Of a DNA stretch of 64,000 bases, positions 45,167-57,655 are shown piece after piece. The notes beneath the pieces were generated by a model that did no database searches, was not told where the DNA came from, and saw nothing but the letters and a program-made list of their open reading frames with translations. Source of the DNA: Vulcanimicrobiota bacterium (GTDB lineage: Bacteria; Vulcanimicrobiota; Vulcanimicrobiia; Vulcanimicrobiales; Vulcanimicrobiaceae); assembly GCA_963820825.1 (NCBI GenBank), contig CAWGBN010000008.1, forward strand, positions 192,001 to 256,000. Direction: 5' to 3'. Made by a program: the position numbers and the translations under genes. Numbering within the stretch: position 1 is the first letter of the stretch; each line of letters starts with the position of its first letter.

Positions 45167-46323
45167 TCGAATCGCCCGAGCAGCGAGCGAGCGATGATCA
45201 GCTGCTGGATCTCCGAGGTGCCCTCGTAGATCTCGGTGATCTTCGCGTCGCGATAGTGCCGCTCGACTGCAAACTCGCTCGTGTAGCCGTAGCCTCCGTG
45301 AATCTGCAGCGCCTCGGCCGCGTGCTTTCTCGCCGCCGTCGAGGCAAAGAGTTTGGCTTTGCTGGCCGCGAGCGCGAAGCTCTCGCCGGCATCGGCGAGC
45401 GCCGCAGCTCGATAGTTGAGCAGTCGCGCGGCATCGAGATCCATCGCCATCTGCGCGATCTTGAACGAGACGCCTTCAAACGCACCGATCGGCTTGCCGA
45501 AGGCGAGTCGCTCTCTCGCGAACTTCACCGACTCGTCGACGCACGCTGCAAGAATTCCGATCGCTTGCGCCGCGATGCCGATACGGCCCGCGGTCAACGC
45601 GGTCATCGCGTTGCCGAAGCCGGCATTCTCCTCGCCGAGCAACGCATCATCGCCGAGCTCGACTCCGTCGAAGGATAGATCGCACGTATTGCTCGTGTGG
45701 ATTCCGAGCTTCTCGGTGACGCGTTCGATCGTGATGCCGGGAAGACTCGCTTCGATCAAAAAAGCACTCACCCCGCGCGGACCCGGCCCTCCGGTGCGAA
45801 ACATGCCCATGATGAGGCCGGCGTAGCTGCCCGAAGTGCACCACTGCTTTCTTCCGTGCAGCACGTATCCGCCGCTCGACCGCTTCGCGGTTGCGCGCAG
45901 CGCGGCGGCATCCGATCCGGCATCGGATTCGGTCAGCGCGAATCCGGCGATCACGTCGCCGGCGGCAAGCGGCGGCAGCCAGCGTTCCTTTTGTTCGGCG
46001 GTTCCGAGCCTGCAAATCGCCGAGCAGATCATCGAATGGACCGAGACCGTCACCGCGGTTCCCGCATCGACGCGTGCGAGCTCCTCGATTGCCAGCGCGT
46101 ACGAAAGATAGTCGGCGCCGGCGCCGCCGTACTCGTCGGGGACGAGAATCCCCATGATTCCCGCGTCGGTGAGTATCTTGTAGAGCTCGCGCGGAAAGAC
46201 GTGGTCGCGATCCCACCGCGCGACGTTCGGTGCGATCTCTCGCTGCGCGATCTCGGCCGCCAACGCACCGATCGCGCGTTGCTCGCCGGTTAACTCAAAC
46301 TGCCCCCGCTGCGCTGAAAGCAT
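45163..46323 (-). CDS. acyl-CoA dehydrogenase
   Basis: FALTESDAGSDA, GRKQWCT, GRIGIAAQ, QIHGGYGY and YRDAKITEIYEGTSEIQ motifs. Confidence 0.95.
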   Translation of the reverse strand: MLSAQRGQFELTGEQRAIGALAAEIAQREIAPNVARWDRDHVFPRELYKILTDAGIMGILVPDEYGGAGADYLSYALAIEELARVDAGTAVTVSVHSMICSAICRLGTAEQKERWLPPLAAGDVIAGFALTESDAGSDAAALRATAKRSSGGYVLHGRKQWCTSGSYAGLIMGMFRTGGPGPRGVSAFLIEASLPGITIERVTEKLGIHTSNTCDLSFDGVELGDDALLGEENAGFGNAMTALTAGRIGIAAQAIGILAACVDESVKFARERLAFGKPIGAFEGVSFKIAQMAMDLDAARLLNYRAAALADAGESFALAASKAKLFASTAARKHAAEALQIHGGYGYTSEFAVERHYRDAKITEIYEGTSEIQQLIIARSLLGRFD

Positions 46324-46342
46324 ATCTCTAAGCTACCGAATC

Positions 46343-46447
46343 CATCTCGGAATTGATTTTGTTCAGATCGCGGAAGCGAGACCCGAAGTTTACTACGGTA
46401 AACGAGGGTTGAGCCGACAAAGAGCTGGACAAAATCAAACCGAGATG
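46343..46447. repeat. long imperfect inverted repeat (~105-nt foldback)
   Basis: CATCTCGGAATTGATTTTGTTCAG pairs with CTGGACAAAATCAAACCGAGATG; inner hairpin GTTTAC-TACG-GTAAAC. Confidence 0.7.
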
Positions 46448-47769
46448 AGCATCGCGTCGCCTTGGCCGCCTCCCGAACAAATCGCAGCGATACCCAAGCC
46501 GCCACCTCGCTTGCGAAGCTGATTGATCACCGTCGCCGCGATGCGCGCCCCGGAGGCGCCGATCGGATGGCCCATCGCGACCGCGCCGCCCCAGGTATTG
46601 ATCAATCCCTCTTCGAGCCCGAGACGCCGCGCCGCGGTAATCGCCACGGCGGCGAAGGCTTCGTTGATCTCCCACACCGCGATGTCGCCGGGCTGCAATC
46701 CGGTTCGGTCGAGCAGCTTACGCGCCGCCATCGCCGGCGTCAAACTGATGTACGGAGAGTCCCACGCGATCGTCGCGTGCTCGACGATGGTTGCGAGCGC
46801 TTCGTAACCGTGCTCCGCGGCGTATTGCGCGTCGGCGAGGATCATCGCGGCGGCGCCGTCGTTCACGCCCGGCGCATTTCCGGCGGTCACCGTTCCGTTT
46901 CGTTCCAGCGGGCGCAGTTTTGCCATCGCTTCGAGGCTGGTGTCGCCGCGGACCGCTTCGTCGCGATCGACGACCGCGTGCGGAACGTCGCCGGTTACGA
47001 ACGGTGCGTACGCCGCGTAGTCGAGCGTAAATTCTTGCGAGGGTTCGTGCTCCCAGACGTGCCCCGCGGCGCCGACGGCGGCGGGCACGCGCGCGCGACC
47101 CTGCCGCGGAAGCTGCTCGACGACGACTCTGTCTTTCGCTTTGGTCGCGACGTTGACCGCGACGATCTCATCGCCGAAGTGTCCTGCGGCATGCGCGGCG
47201 CCGGCGCGGCGATGGCTTTCGTAGGCAAAGCGATCCTGCTCTTCCCGTGTGAGACCGAGCTCGGTTGCAACCTTGCTGCCCTGCGCCGCCATCGTCATCG
47301 GAAAGTACTGGTCCCAGAGACCGTCGTAGATCATCGCGTCGACGAGCGCACCGTCGCCGAAACGATAGCCGTAGCGCGCGTCGCGCAAGAGATACGGCGC
47401 ATTCGACATCGACTCCATGCCGCCGGCCGCGACGACCGCGTTCGCTCCCGCATTGATCGAACGCATCGCGTTGACGATGGCGAGCAGACCCGACGCACAG
47501 ACTTTGTTGACGGTATCGGCCGTCACCGTCTTGGCGAGTCCCGACTTGAAAACCACTTGCCGCGCGGGATTCTGTCCCACGCCGGCCTGCAAGACTTCGC
47601 CGAACGATACGTGTTCGATCTCCGACGGATCGATCTTGGCGCGCTCGATTGCGCCGGTCAATGCGACCGCGCCGAGCGTCGTGGCGGAGAGCGGAGCGAG
47701 CGCTCCTCCGAGTTTGCCGAACGGCGTACGCGCCATTCCGATTACAACGGCCTTTGAGTTCGTCATCAT
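46435..47769 (-). CDS. acetyl-CoA C-acyltransferase (thiolase)
   Basis: NKVCASG, GGMESMS, TAGNAPGVNDGA, EINEAFA, GHPIGASG and CSGGGQG motifs. Confidence 0.95.
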   Translation of the reverse strand: MMTNSKAVVIGMARTPFGKLGGALAPLSATTLGAVALTGAIERAKIDPSEIEHVSFGEVLQAGVGQNPARQVVFKSGLAKTVTADTVNKVCASGLLAIVNAMRSINAGANAVVAAGGMESMSNAPYLLRDARYGYRFGDGALVDAMIYDGLWDQYFPMTMAAQGSKVATELGLTREEQDRFAYESHRRAGAAHAAGHFGDEIVAVNVATKAKDRVVVEQLPRQGRARVPAAVGAAGHVWEHEPSQEFTLDYAAYAPFVTGDVPHAVVDRDEAVRGDTSLEAMAKLRPLERNGTVTAGNAPGVNDGAAAMILADAQYAAEHGYEALATIVEHATIAWDSPYISLTPAMAARKLLDRTGLQPGDIAVWEINEAFAAVAITAARRLGLEEGLINTWGGAVAMGHPIGASGARIAATVINQLRKRGGGLGIAAICSGGGQGDAMLISV

Positions 47770-47811
47770 AGCAGTCGCTCGATTCGCGACGGGGAGGGCG
47801 CGCCCTGCGGT

Positions 47812-49200
47812 TTATTCGTCGTCGGGGGCGCGACCCGAGGGCTCCTGCGAAAGGAAGTACGCGCGCGAGTACGGAGCGTCAATCGGCCGGAACCTCCGCG
47901 CCGGTTGCTTGAAATTGAAGACGTCGGTCATCGTGTACGCCCGCCCGTCGGTGTAGCCGCCGCCGAGTCCGAGCGAGGAGAGCGACGGAAGCGCGAAGGC
48001 CTCTTCTACGAGCTGAAGGATGCTGCCGAATTCATATTCGGTATGGGATACGTAACCTTTGCGCGCGTACGCCGAGATGACGATGCACGGCACGCGTTCG
48101 CCGAGCCCGCGAAAATCGAGTTGGGGCGGCGAAACGTGATCGTACCATCCGCCCCAGTCGTCCCAAACGACGACGATCGCGGTCGAATCCCAATAGGGCG
48201 ATTCGCCGATTGCGTTGACGACGCTCGAGACCCACGAAGGGCCGCCCGTCGCCCCCGCGCCGGCATGATCGGAGTTCTTCCAGTCGGGAATGACCCACGC
48301 AACGCTTGGAAGTTTGCCCGCGGGTATATCCTGCAGCACCCGGCGCGGCGGCGAGATCACGCTGCGCGACCAATCGGGGCCGTGGCGAATCGACGCAATC
48401 GAATCGAACTCCGACCAGACTCGTCCGCCGGCATCTCGACCACCGACCAGCGGCGCGTAGTACGCCCACGAGACGCTCGCGCGATCCAAAAGCTCCGCGA
48501 GCGTTGCGAACTGCGTGAAGCACGGAAAGGGCCCGGCGCCGAGCGTTTCGTTGCGCGCCGTGTCGACCACCGACGTTTTCGTGCCGCCGGGCGCATCGCA
48601 TCCCCAGGGCATCCCCGACGGCGAGTCGGCCTCGGATCTGCCCATCTGCAGGTTCGTCGTCGCGGCGATCAGGTCGAGATGCGCGGTGAAGCTGCCGCCG
48701 AACATCGTTGCGAACATATTGTCGGCGAGCACGTACTGCTGCGCCATGCTCCAATACGGCTCGATGTAACGGCGGTCGACGTACCGATAGGCGTACTCGC
48801 CGGCCTGCGCGCCGTTGCGCAATTTGTTCTCGTCGAACCGGTCCATTCGGCCGCCGTTCCAGTCATTGACTCCGTCGCGCCAGCCGTGGGAGATATCCTG
48901 ACCGAGCAGCGAGGTCGGCCGAAGCGTTATCCTGCTTCCGTCGTGCCCGTAGCCGTACGTCGCGGTGTTGGCGCCTTTGAAGCCGTGAAAGAAATTGTCG
49001 AAGCTGCGATTCTCTTGCACGATGATGACCACGTGCTTGATATGTTCGCGCACCAGGCGCGGCGGCGGCGGCAATTGCGGGGGCGGTCCGGGCGTGCCGG
49101 TAACCGGTGGAATGTTCGAATCGCTCGACCCGCCACCACCGCCGCAGCCGGCGGCAATCGCCGCGAGCGCGACGACAAAGACCGCGCCGCGCCCGTTCAA
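47812..49200 (-). CDS. phosphoesterase / phospholipase C family lipoprotein
   Basis: Lipobox IAAG-C; IKHVVIIVQENRSFDN, WDDWGGWYDHV and GERVP motifs; TTGA-coupled to the CDF gene. Confidence 0.88.
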   Translation of the reverse strand: MNGRGAVFVVALAAIAAGCGGGGGSSDSNIPPVTGTPGPPPQLPPPPRLVREHIKHVVIIVQENRSFDNFFHGFKGANTATYGYGHDGSRITLRPTSLLGQDISHGWRDGVNDWNGGRMDRFDENKLRNGAQAGEYAYRYVDRRYIEPYWSMAQQYVLADNMFATMFGGSFTAHLDLIAATTNLQMGRSEADSPSGMPWGCDAPGGTKTSVVDTARNETLGAGPFPCFTQFATLAELLDRASVSWAYYAPLVGGRDAGGRVWSEFDSIASIRHGPDWSRSVISPPRRVLQDIPAGKLPSVAWVIPDWKNSDHAGAGATGGPSWVSSVVNAIGESPYWDSTAIVVVWDDWGGWYDHVSPPQLDFRGLGERVPCIVISAYARKGYVSHTEYEFGSILQLVEEAFALPSLSSLGLGGGYTDGRAYTMTDVFNFKQPARRFRPIDAPYSRAYFLSQEPSGRAPDDE

Positions 49201-50060
49201 TGCCGCACCGCGACCGGACAGCTCTCGCACTCGAATTGAACCGTGACGTGCGCGATGCCGAAGTGCGCCTTCGCGCAATCGGTGATTTCGCGCAAGACGT
49301 CCTCGGCTTCGCTTAGACGCCGGTCGTCGAGCAGCACGTGCGCGGAGAGCGCATGCGAGCCGCTGCCGATCGACCAGACGTGCAGGTCGTGGACGCCGGT
49401 GACTCCGCCAATCTTCTCGATGTGCTCCTCGAGATCGCCGGAGTTTACGTCGCCGGGAACGCTTTCGAGCAGCACGTCGGTCGCGTCGCGCAAGACGCGC
49501 ACGACTCCGAAGACGATGATCGCGGCGACGAAGATCGAGAGCAGCGGATCGATCCACGCGCGATGCGTCACGGCGATCGCGATTCCGCCGAGAATCACCG
49601 CGCTCGCACCGAGGGCATCGCCCGCGACGTGGAAGAGCGCCGCGCGGACGTTGAGGTCGCGCTTGCCGTCGTTGCGCAGCAGCAAGCCGACGCAGGCGTT
49701 GACGCCGAGCCCCGCTGCGGCGACGCCGGTCATCAGAGCGGCCCCCGGCTCGATCGGATTGCCGAATCGCCGCGCCGCCTCGTAGACGATCGCGAGCGTC
49801 GCGACGAGCAGCAGCGTTCCGTTGACGAGCGCGCCGAGGACTTCGATGCGCCCGTACCCGAACGTGCGACGGCGATCGGCCGGGCGCGCGGCACCGATCG
49901 CGGCGAGCAGCGCAAGCGCGAGCGCGAGCACGTCGGTACAGACGTGCACGGCATCGGTCGTCAAGGCCAAGCTGTGCGAGACCGCGCCGCCCCAAAACTC
50001 GAGCGCCGCGACGAAGACCGACGCGATGAGCGCAACGGTCAGGTGGCGCCGTACGGGCAT
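49197..50060 (-). CDS. cation diffusion facilitator (CzcD/ZitB-like) transporter
   Basis: SLALTTDAVH..TD, TFGYGRIE, HVAGD, VHDLHVW and HVTVQFE motifs. Confidence 0.92.
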   Translation of the reverse strand: MPVRRHLTVALIASVFVAALEFWGGAVSHSLALTTDAVHVCTDVLALALALLAAIGAARPADRRRTFGYGRIEVLGALVNGTLLLVATLAIVYEAARRFGNPIEPGAALMTGVAAAGLGVNACVGLLLRNDGKRDLNVRAALFHVAGDALGASAVILGGIAIAVTHRAWIDPLLSIFVAAIIVFGVVRVLRDATDVLLESVPGDVNSGDLEEHIEKIGGVTGVHDLHVWSIGSGSHALSAHVLLDDRRLSEAEDVLREITDCAKAHFGIAHVTVQFECESCPVAVRH

Positions 50061-50069
50061 ACCTCTCTC

Positions 50070-50647
50070 TTACCCCGAACCCGCGCGGACGGCCAGCGCG
50101 GCGAGCATCGCGCCGAAGAGCGCGAAGGTCTTGCTCTCGGCCGTCAGCAGCGTCTCGGCATCCCACTCTCCGTTGCCGCCGGGCATCGGTTCGACCTGCG
50201 GAACGATGCGCGGCACCCGTTCGCAATACCGTTCGAAGGCTTCGCCGAACTGCGACCGGAGGAACGCCTCCTCGTGCGGTACGATCGCCGCGTAGAGCGC
50301 GGCCATCGCTCCAAGCGAGCCGGCGACGAGCGCGTACCGCGCGAGCGGCGAGTTCTTTCCGGTAAATGCGATCGCATAACCGGCCGCGGTGATGAAATTC
50401 CCAAGATAGAGCGGATTGCGAACGTAACCGTAGGGACCCGCCGTGATCAGTTCGGGCGCGGTCACCGCGTCGTTGCGCGTCGTCGCGCCGGCATATCCGA
50501 CGGCCCAGCAGCGGAGAAGCTCGCCGGCGATCGCAATCGGTACGCCGACCGCGGCGCTGCGCGCGCTCGGCCGGCCGAAGGTGGCGAGGACCCCTGCGGG
50601 CAGCGACAAGAGCAATCCGCGGTTTTTGAAGAGAAACGAGTGAATAC

Positions 50648-50651
<4 letters not shown>
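50070..50651 (-). CDS. isoprenylcysteine carboxylmethyltransferase family membrane protein
   Basis: LITAGPYGYVRNPLYLG and EEAFL..QFGEAF..Y..RVPR motifs. Confidence 0.85.
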
Positions 50652-53299
<2,648 letters not shown>

Positions 53300-53302
53300 T
53301 CC

Positions 53303-54898
53303 TTATCGCCAAGCGCGCTCGGAGAGCGCGCGGTCCTGAGCGACACTGAGCTTGCCGAAGTGGGGTCGAAGGGGCCCTTCGAACGGGTTATAGTAATCGG
53401 CCGAGCGGGCGAAGACGCCGTCGAAGCCGCGTCCCCCTTCGGGCGTGCGCGAGACGTCGGCGAAGGTCGCCGCTTCGATCGCGTGCATCAAACCCAACGC
53501 CGCCACGCGCTCGAGCAGCGCTTCGCAACCGTCGAGCACCGCCTGAGCCCGCCGCTCGATCGTTCCTCCCGGGCGCAGCACGATCTCGTCGCCGAAGTGC
53601 CGCGCGGTGTTCATGATGTAGCGTGCGTTCTCGAGCGAGAGCGCGCGGTCGCCGAGAAACGGCGTATGGATCGCTTCGGTCAGCATCCCGCAGAGATGAA
53701 TGCTCTGATGCGTCATCACCGAGGTGAGGTTGAACATCGCGTCGATCAAGTGGCCTTTGAAGACGTCGCCGGTCATGTGTTTGGTCGGCGGCATGTACTT
53801 CAGCGAAGCGTCGGGGAAAATTTCGCGCGCCAACTGCGCCTGCGCGACTTGATAGAGGAAGCCGTCCTCGAGATCGGGACTGATTTCGTAGGCGTCGCCC
53901 AGACCGATCTGCGCGTCGGGAAGGCCGGCGCGATGTGCGAACTCTTCGTTGATGAACTGCGAGGCCAAGACCGCCGGAGCTTGGTCGACCGCATCGGCGG
54001 TCGTTAGATAGTTATCCTCGCCGGTGTTGATGATAATCCCGGAATAGGCGTTGAGCATTCGGCTGAAGTGCTGATCGACGAAGGTGCGCTTCATGTTGAT
54101 GTCCCGGAAGAGAATTCCGTACATCGAATCGTTGAGCAGCATGTCGAGGCGTTCGAGTGCGGCCATGACCGCGATCTCCGGCATGCAGAGGCCGCTGGCG
54201 TAGTTCGTCAGCATGACGTAGCGCCCGAGTCTCTCCCCGGCTTCGTCGAGCGCGCCCCGCATGATCGCGAAGTTTGCTTGCGTCGCGTAGGTGCCGCCGA
54301 AGCCCTCGGTCGTCGGACCGAAGGGCACGAAGTCGAGCAGCGATTGTCCCGTGGAGCGAATCACCGCGATAACTTGCGCGCCGGCTTCCGCCGCCGCGAT
54401 CGCCGCGGTTCGATCCTCATAGATGTTGCCGCTGGCGACGATCACGTAGAGCAACGGCGGCGGCAGCTGCGGCAGGCGCGTAAGGCGTTCGGCTCGTTCC
54501 TCGCGCCGTGCGGTAATGCGCGCGAGCGCGGCGTCGACGTAGGGGCGCAAAGCGCCGCGCGCCGCACTGCCGGGAGTCGACGCGAACGCTTCGAGCGTCG
54601 TGCTCCCGTCGGTCAACGCTTGCGCCAGAGCGAGCGGCTCGAGCCCCGTTTCGGCGAGCGCCCGGCCAAAGGCCAGGGCCACGCCGTCGCCTCGCTGCCC
54701 GTGGGGAAGCAGATCGACCACGAAGTTGGGGAGTGGCACCTCGTCGGCGGTGACGCCGTCGACGCCGAGCAGGCGCAGTACCGCGCGTTCGACCGAAACG
54801 GTCGAGTGCGCCGCGATAAAGGTCTCAACGGGATCGGTGATGGCCGCCGCCAGTCTCCGGCAGCGTTCAACGCAGCGACGATCGATCCGCAGTTCCAT
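53303..54898 (-). CDS. kamD: lysine 5,6-aminomutase alpha subunit
   Basis: TVSVERAVLRLLG, YVIVASGNIYED, IRSTGQSLLD, NYASGLCMPE, NTGEDNY and GMLTEAIHTP motifs. Confidence 0.9.
   Translation of the reverse strand: MELRIDRRCVERCRRLAAAITDPVETFIAAHSTVSVERAVLRLLGVDGVTADEVPLPNFVVDLLPHGQRGDGVALAFGRALAETGLEPLALAQALTDGSTTLEAFASTPGSAARGALRPYVDAALARITARREERAERLTRLPQLPPPLLYVIVASGNIYEDRTAAIAAAEAGAQVIAVIRSTGQSLLDFVPFGPTTEGFGGTYATQANFAIMRGALDEAGERLGRYVMLTNYASGLCMPEIAVMAALERLDMLLNDSMYGILFRDINMKRTFVDQHFSRMLNAYSGIIINTGEDNYLTTADAVDQAPAVLASQFINEEFAHRAGLPDAQIGLGDAYEISPDLEDGFLYQVAQAQLAREIFPDASLKYMPPTKHMTGDVFKGHLIDAMFNLTSVMTHQSIHLCGMLTEAIHTPFLGDRALSLENARYIMNTARHFGDEIVLRPGGTIERRAQAVLDGCEALLERVAALGLMHAIEAATFADVSRTPEGGRGFDGVFARSADYYNPFEGPLRPHFGKLSVAQDRALSERAWR
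53333..53373. repeat. REP-like element within the kamD 3' coding region
   Basis: GTCCTGAGCG...GTCGAAGGG, same termini as the element at 36610-36638. Confidence 0.55.
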
Positions 54899-54905
54899 GG
54901 TCAAC

Positions 54906-55751
54906 CTATCTTACTTGAAGATAGGCGTTAATTCCGTCGCGCCAGCCCGGCATGACGATTCCCAGGGCCTCCAGCTTGGTGTTTTTCAACGCCGAGAAGC
55001 GCGGGCGTATCGCCGCGGGCTTCCACTCCTGCGCGGAGATCGGCTCGATCGGGACGGCTCTGCCGGCGACCTCGACGGCCGCGCGCACGAAGTCGTACCA
55101 ACTCACCGGCCCGGTGTTGACCGCGTGATAGAGGCCATATGCCTCCGTGTCGATCAGCTTGCGCAGCGCGACGGCGAGATCGCCGGCAAAGGTCGGCGAT
55201 GCAAGCACGTCGGCAACGACGCGCAGCGGCGCGCCCCCGGCCGGATGCGCGAGCGCGCGCTCGATGAGCGAGCCGTGCGTCCCGGAAGATGCGTTCCCAT
55301 AGAGGCCGCAAGTGCGCACGATGAAGGCGGGCGCGCCGATCCGCTCGCTGAGGTACTCGCCGGCAAGCTTCGAAACGCCGTAGGCCGAGAGCGGATGCGG
55401 CGTGGCATCTTCGGCATACGGCTCGGTCGCCTTGCCGTCGAAGACGTAATCGGTGCTGATCGTTACGAACGGTACGTCGCGTTCGTACGCGAGCGATGCG
55501 GCACGCCCAACCGCAACCGCGTTGATCGCGAAGGCGCGCTCCGGTTCGTTCTCGCACCGGTCGACGTCGTGAAACGCGGCCGCGTTGACGAGTACGTCCG
55601 GACGAATCCGGTCGAGCGCGTCGCGCACGGCGAGACTCTCCTCGAGCGGCAACTCACGGTGCGGCGGCGCGATAATTTCGCAATCGCTCCACCGCTGCCG
55701 AATCGCCGTCCCGAGCCGACCCGATCCGCCGATTAAGAGGACGCGCGTCAC
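54906..55751 (-). CDS. rfbD: dTDP-4-dehydrorhamnose reductase
   Basis: GGSGRLG, NAAAFHDVD, ISTDYVFDG, YGVSKLAGE and SPT motifs. Confidence 0.9.
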   Translation of the reverse strand: MTRVLLIGGSGRLGTAIRQRWSDCEIIAPPHRELPLEESLAVRDALDRIRPDVLVNAAAFHDVDRCENEPERAFAINAVAVGRAASLAYERDVPFVTISTDYVFDGKATEPYAEDATPHPLSAYGVSKLAGEYLSERIGAPAFIVRTCGLYGNASSGTHGSLIERALAHPAGGAPLRVVADVLASPTFAGDLAVALRKLIDTEAYGLYHAVNTGPVSWYDFVRAAVEVAGRAVPIEPISAQEWKPAAIRPRFSALKNTKLEALGIVMPGWRDGINAYLQVR

Positions 55752-57058
55752 ACCGTCGACCGGCGGCCGCTCGTATTTCGCTGCGCGATGAGTGCGATCG
55801 ACACGGCTGCTGCCGCCAGCGCATTCCCCACGACGAGAATCTGCACGACCGTTGCCAGCGTCGGATGGATCGCAACGATCGCACCGAGCGTTCCAAGCGT
55901 ACAGACCAGGAGCGGTACCGTGAAGGCGAGCCGGTGCGTTGCGATGCCGTACGACGTCAACGCGTTGGTGAAAGCGAGCAAGACCATCGCCAATCCGTAG
56001 GTCACCAGCAGCGGGGCGGCCGCGTCGAAGGCGTGGCCGACGAGCGCGTGGATCACGCCGATGCCGAAGTATTTGAAGACGAAGAGCCCGCAGAGCGCGA
56101 CGAAGCCGAACAAGAGCAAGCTTCCGGCTAGGACTTCACGGGTCTTCGCGCCGCGCGCGTGGCGGTCGGCGGCCTGCGGCAGAAGCACCGTCGGAATGAA
56201 GCCGACTAAATAGAGCAGGATCTTCCCGCCCAGGGAGGCCGCCGCGTAGAGCCCGGCCGAGTGGGGATCGAAGAAGTGTTTGACGAGCACGACGTCGGCG
56301 GAGCCGATGAGCGCGAGCGAAACCGTCGCCGCCGCCGCTCCGGCACCGGCATTGAGGATGCGGCGCCAATCGTAGCGGATGCTGCGCGCCTCGACGTCCG
56401 CGTAACGCCGGCGCAGCCGCGTTCCGAGATAAATAAGCGCGAAGACCGGACCGATGAAGAACCCGACGATCCCTCCGCCGAGCTTGAAGCCGACCGCGAG
56501 CAGCGCGACGATGCCGCAGACTTTGGCGATTCCTTCGATCGAATTCGAGAACGCGTAACCCACGAAGTCTTGGGTCCCTTGCGCGATCGCGCGCAGCGCG
56601 CTCAAATAGAGTGCAACGCCGGCGATCAGTCCGACGAACTGCGCCGACCAGACGGGAACGTCGAGGAAGCGCGCAAACGGGATCGCGGCGAAGGCCGCCA
56701 CCACCATGTAGAGCAGGCCGAGCCGCGCGAAACCGTCGGCGATCCCCTGGGTGAGGCCGCGCATGTGACCGTCGTCGTGCAACGCGCGGAACTCGGCCGC
56801 AAGCTGCGCGACGACCGGGCCGACGAAGGCCACCGGCAGCGCTGCGATCAGCGCCGCATTGATCAGCGCGTAGAGACCCCCGTAGACCGTAACGCCGAGT
56901 TCGCGGCTTGCGACGGCGTGGGTGATGAAGTTGCAGAGATTGAGCACCATCCCGGCAGAAAAAACCAGCGCGCTCTGTTTGAGCATGGCGCTGGTGCGAA
57001 GGCGCTCGAGCCCCCGCCGGAGCACGAACGTGCCGGGCGGACTCACGCTGCCGTTCAT
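55748..57058 (-). CDS. polysaccharide flippase (Wzx/MOP family)
   Basis: About 12 TM segments; DVVLVKHFF..AGLYAAA motif; glycan-gene context; start uncertain. Confidence 0.75.
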   Translation of the reverse strand: MNGSVSPPGTFVLRRGLERLRTSAMLKQSALVFSAGMVLNLCNFITHAVASRELGVTVYGGLYALINAALIAALPVAFVGPVVAQLAAEFRALHDDGHMRGLTQGIADGFARLGLLYMVVAAFAAIPFARFLDVPVWSAQFVGLIAGVALYLSALRAIAQGTQDFVGYAFSNSIEGIAKVCGIVALLAVGFKLGGGIVGFFIGPVFALIYLGTRLRRRYADVEARSIRYDWRRILNAGAGAAAATVSLALIGSADVVLVKHFFDPHSAGLYAAASLGGKILLYLVGFIPTVLLPQAADRHARGAKTREVLAGSLLLFGFVALCGLFVFKYFGIGVIHALVGHAFDAAAPLLVTYGLAMVLLAFTNALTSYGIATHRLAFTVPLLVCTLGTLGAIVAIHPTLATVVQILVVGNALAAAAVSIALIAQRNTSGRRSTV

Positions 57059-57073
57059 AGTAGACTGCTTCTC

Positions 57074-57625
57074 ATGGTGGTCGAGCAATTACCTCTCGCC
57101 GGAGCGTTGCTGCTCACGCCGCGCGTCTTCGACGACGATCGCGGCTTCTTTAAGGAAACGTACTCGCTCGATCGCTATCGGGCGTGCGGTATCGAGGAGC
57201 CGTTCGTTCAGGACAATATTTCGCTCTCGCACCGCGGCGTGCTGCGCGGTCTTCACGGCGATTGGCGCATGTCCAAGCTCATCGGCGTGGTGCGCGGCAG
57301 CGTATTCGACGCGATCGTCGACATACGAGCGCAGAGTCCGACGTACCGGCAATGGTTCGGGCGCACGCTCTGCGCTGCCGAGGGGAAGCAAGTTTACGTA
57401 CCGCGCGGATTTCTCCACGGCTTCCTCGCCTTGGAAGACGAGACCATCGTCGCCTACAAACAGAGCGCGCCCTACGACCCCGCGAGCGAGTTCGCCGTCG
57501 CCTGGGACGACCCCGAGATCGGCATTGAGTGGCCGCTCGCCGGCACGCGGCCGATTCTCTCACCTCGCGACGCGGCAAACCCGCGGCTCGCCTCGGTTGT
57601 AACAAACGACGCCCAGCCTAGGTAA
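57074..57625 (+). CDS. rfbC: dTDP-4-dehydrorhamnose 3,5-epimerase
   Basis: DDRGFF.E, VQDN.S.S.RGVLRGLH, DIRAQSPTY.QW, VPRGFLHGF and WDDP motifs. Confidence 0.93.
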   Translation: MVVEQLPLAGALLLTPRVFDDDRGFFKETYSLDRYRACGIEEPFVQDNISLSHRGVLRGLHGDWRMSKLIGVVRGSVFDAIVDIRAQSPTYRQWFGRTLCAAEGKQVYVPRGFLHGFLALEDETIVAYKQSAPYDPASEFAVAWDDPEIGIEWPLAGTRPILSPRDAANPRLASVVTNDAQPR

Positions 57626-57655
57626 GAGCGGCCAGAGGAACCGAATCGAGGGGAG

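Noticed and set aside
44494..45678. 394-aa plus-strand ORF from the track
   Set aside because: Chimera of antisense sucC, the real repeat gene, and read-through antisense to the acyl-CoA dehydrogenase caused by the frameshift
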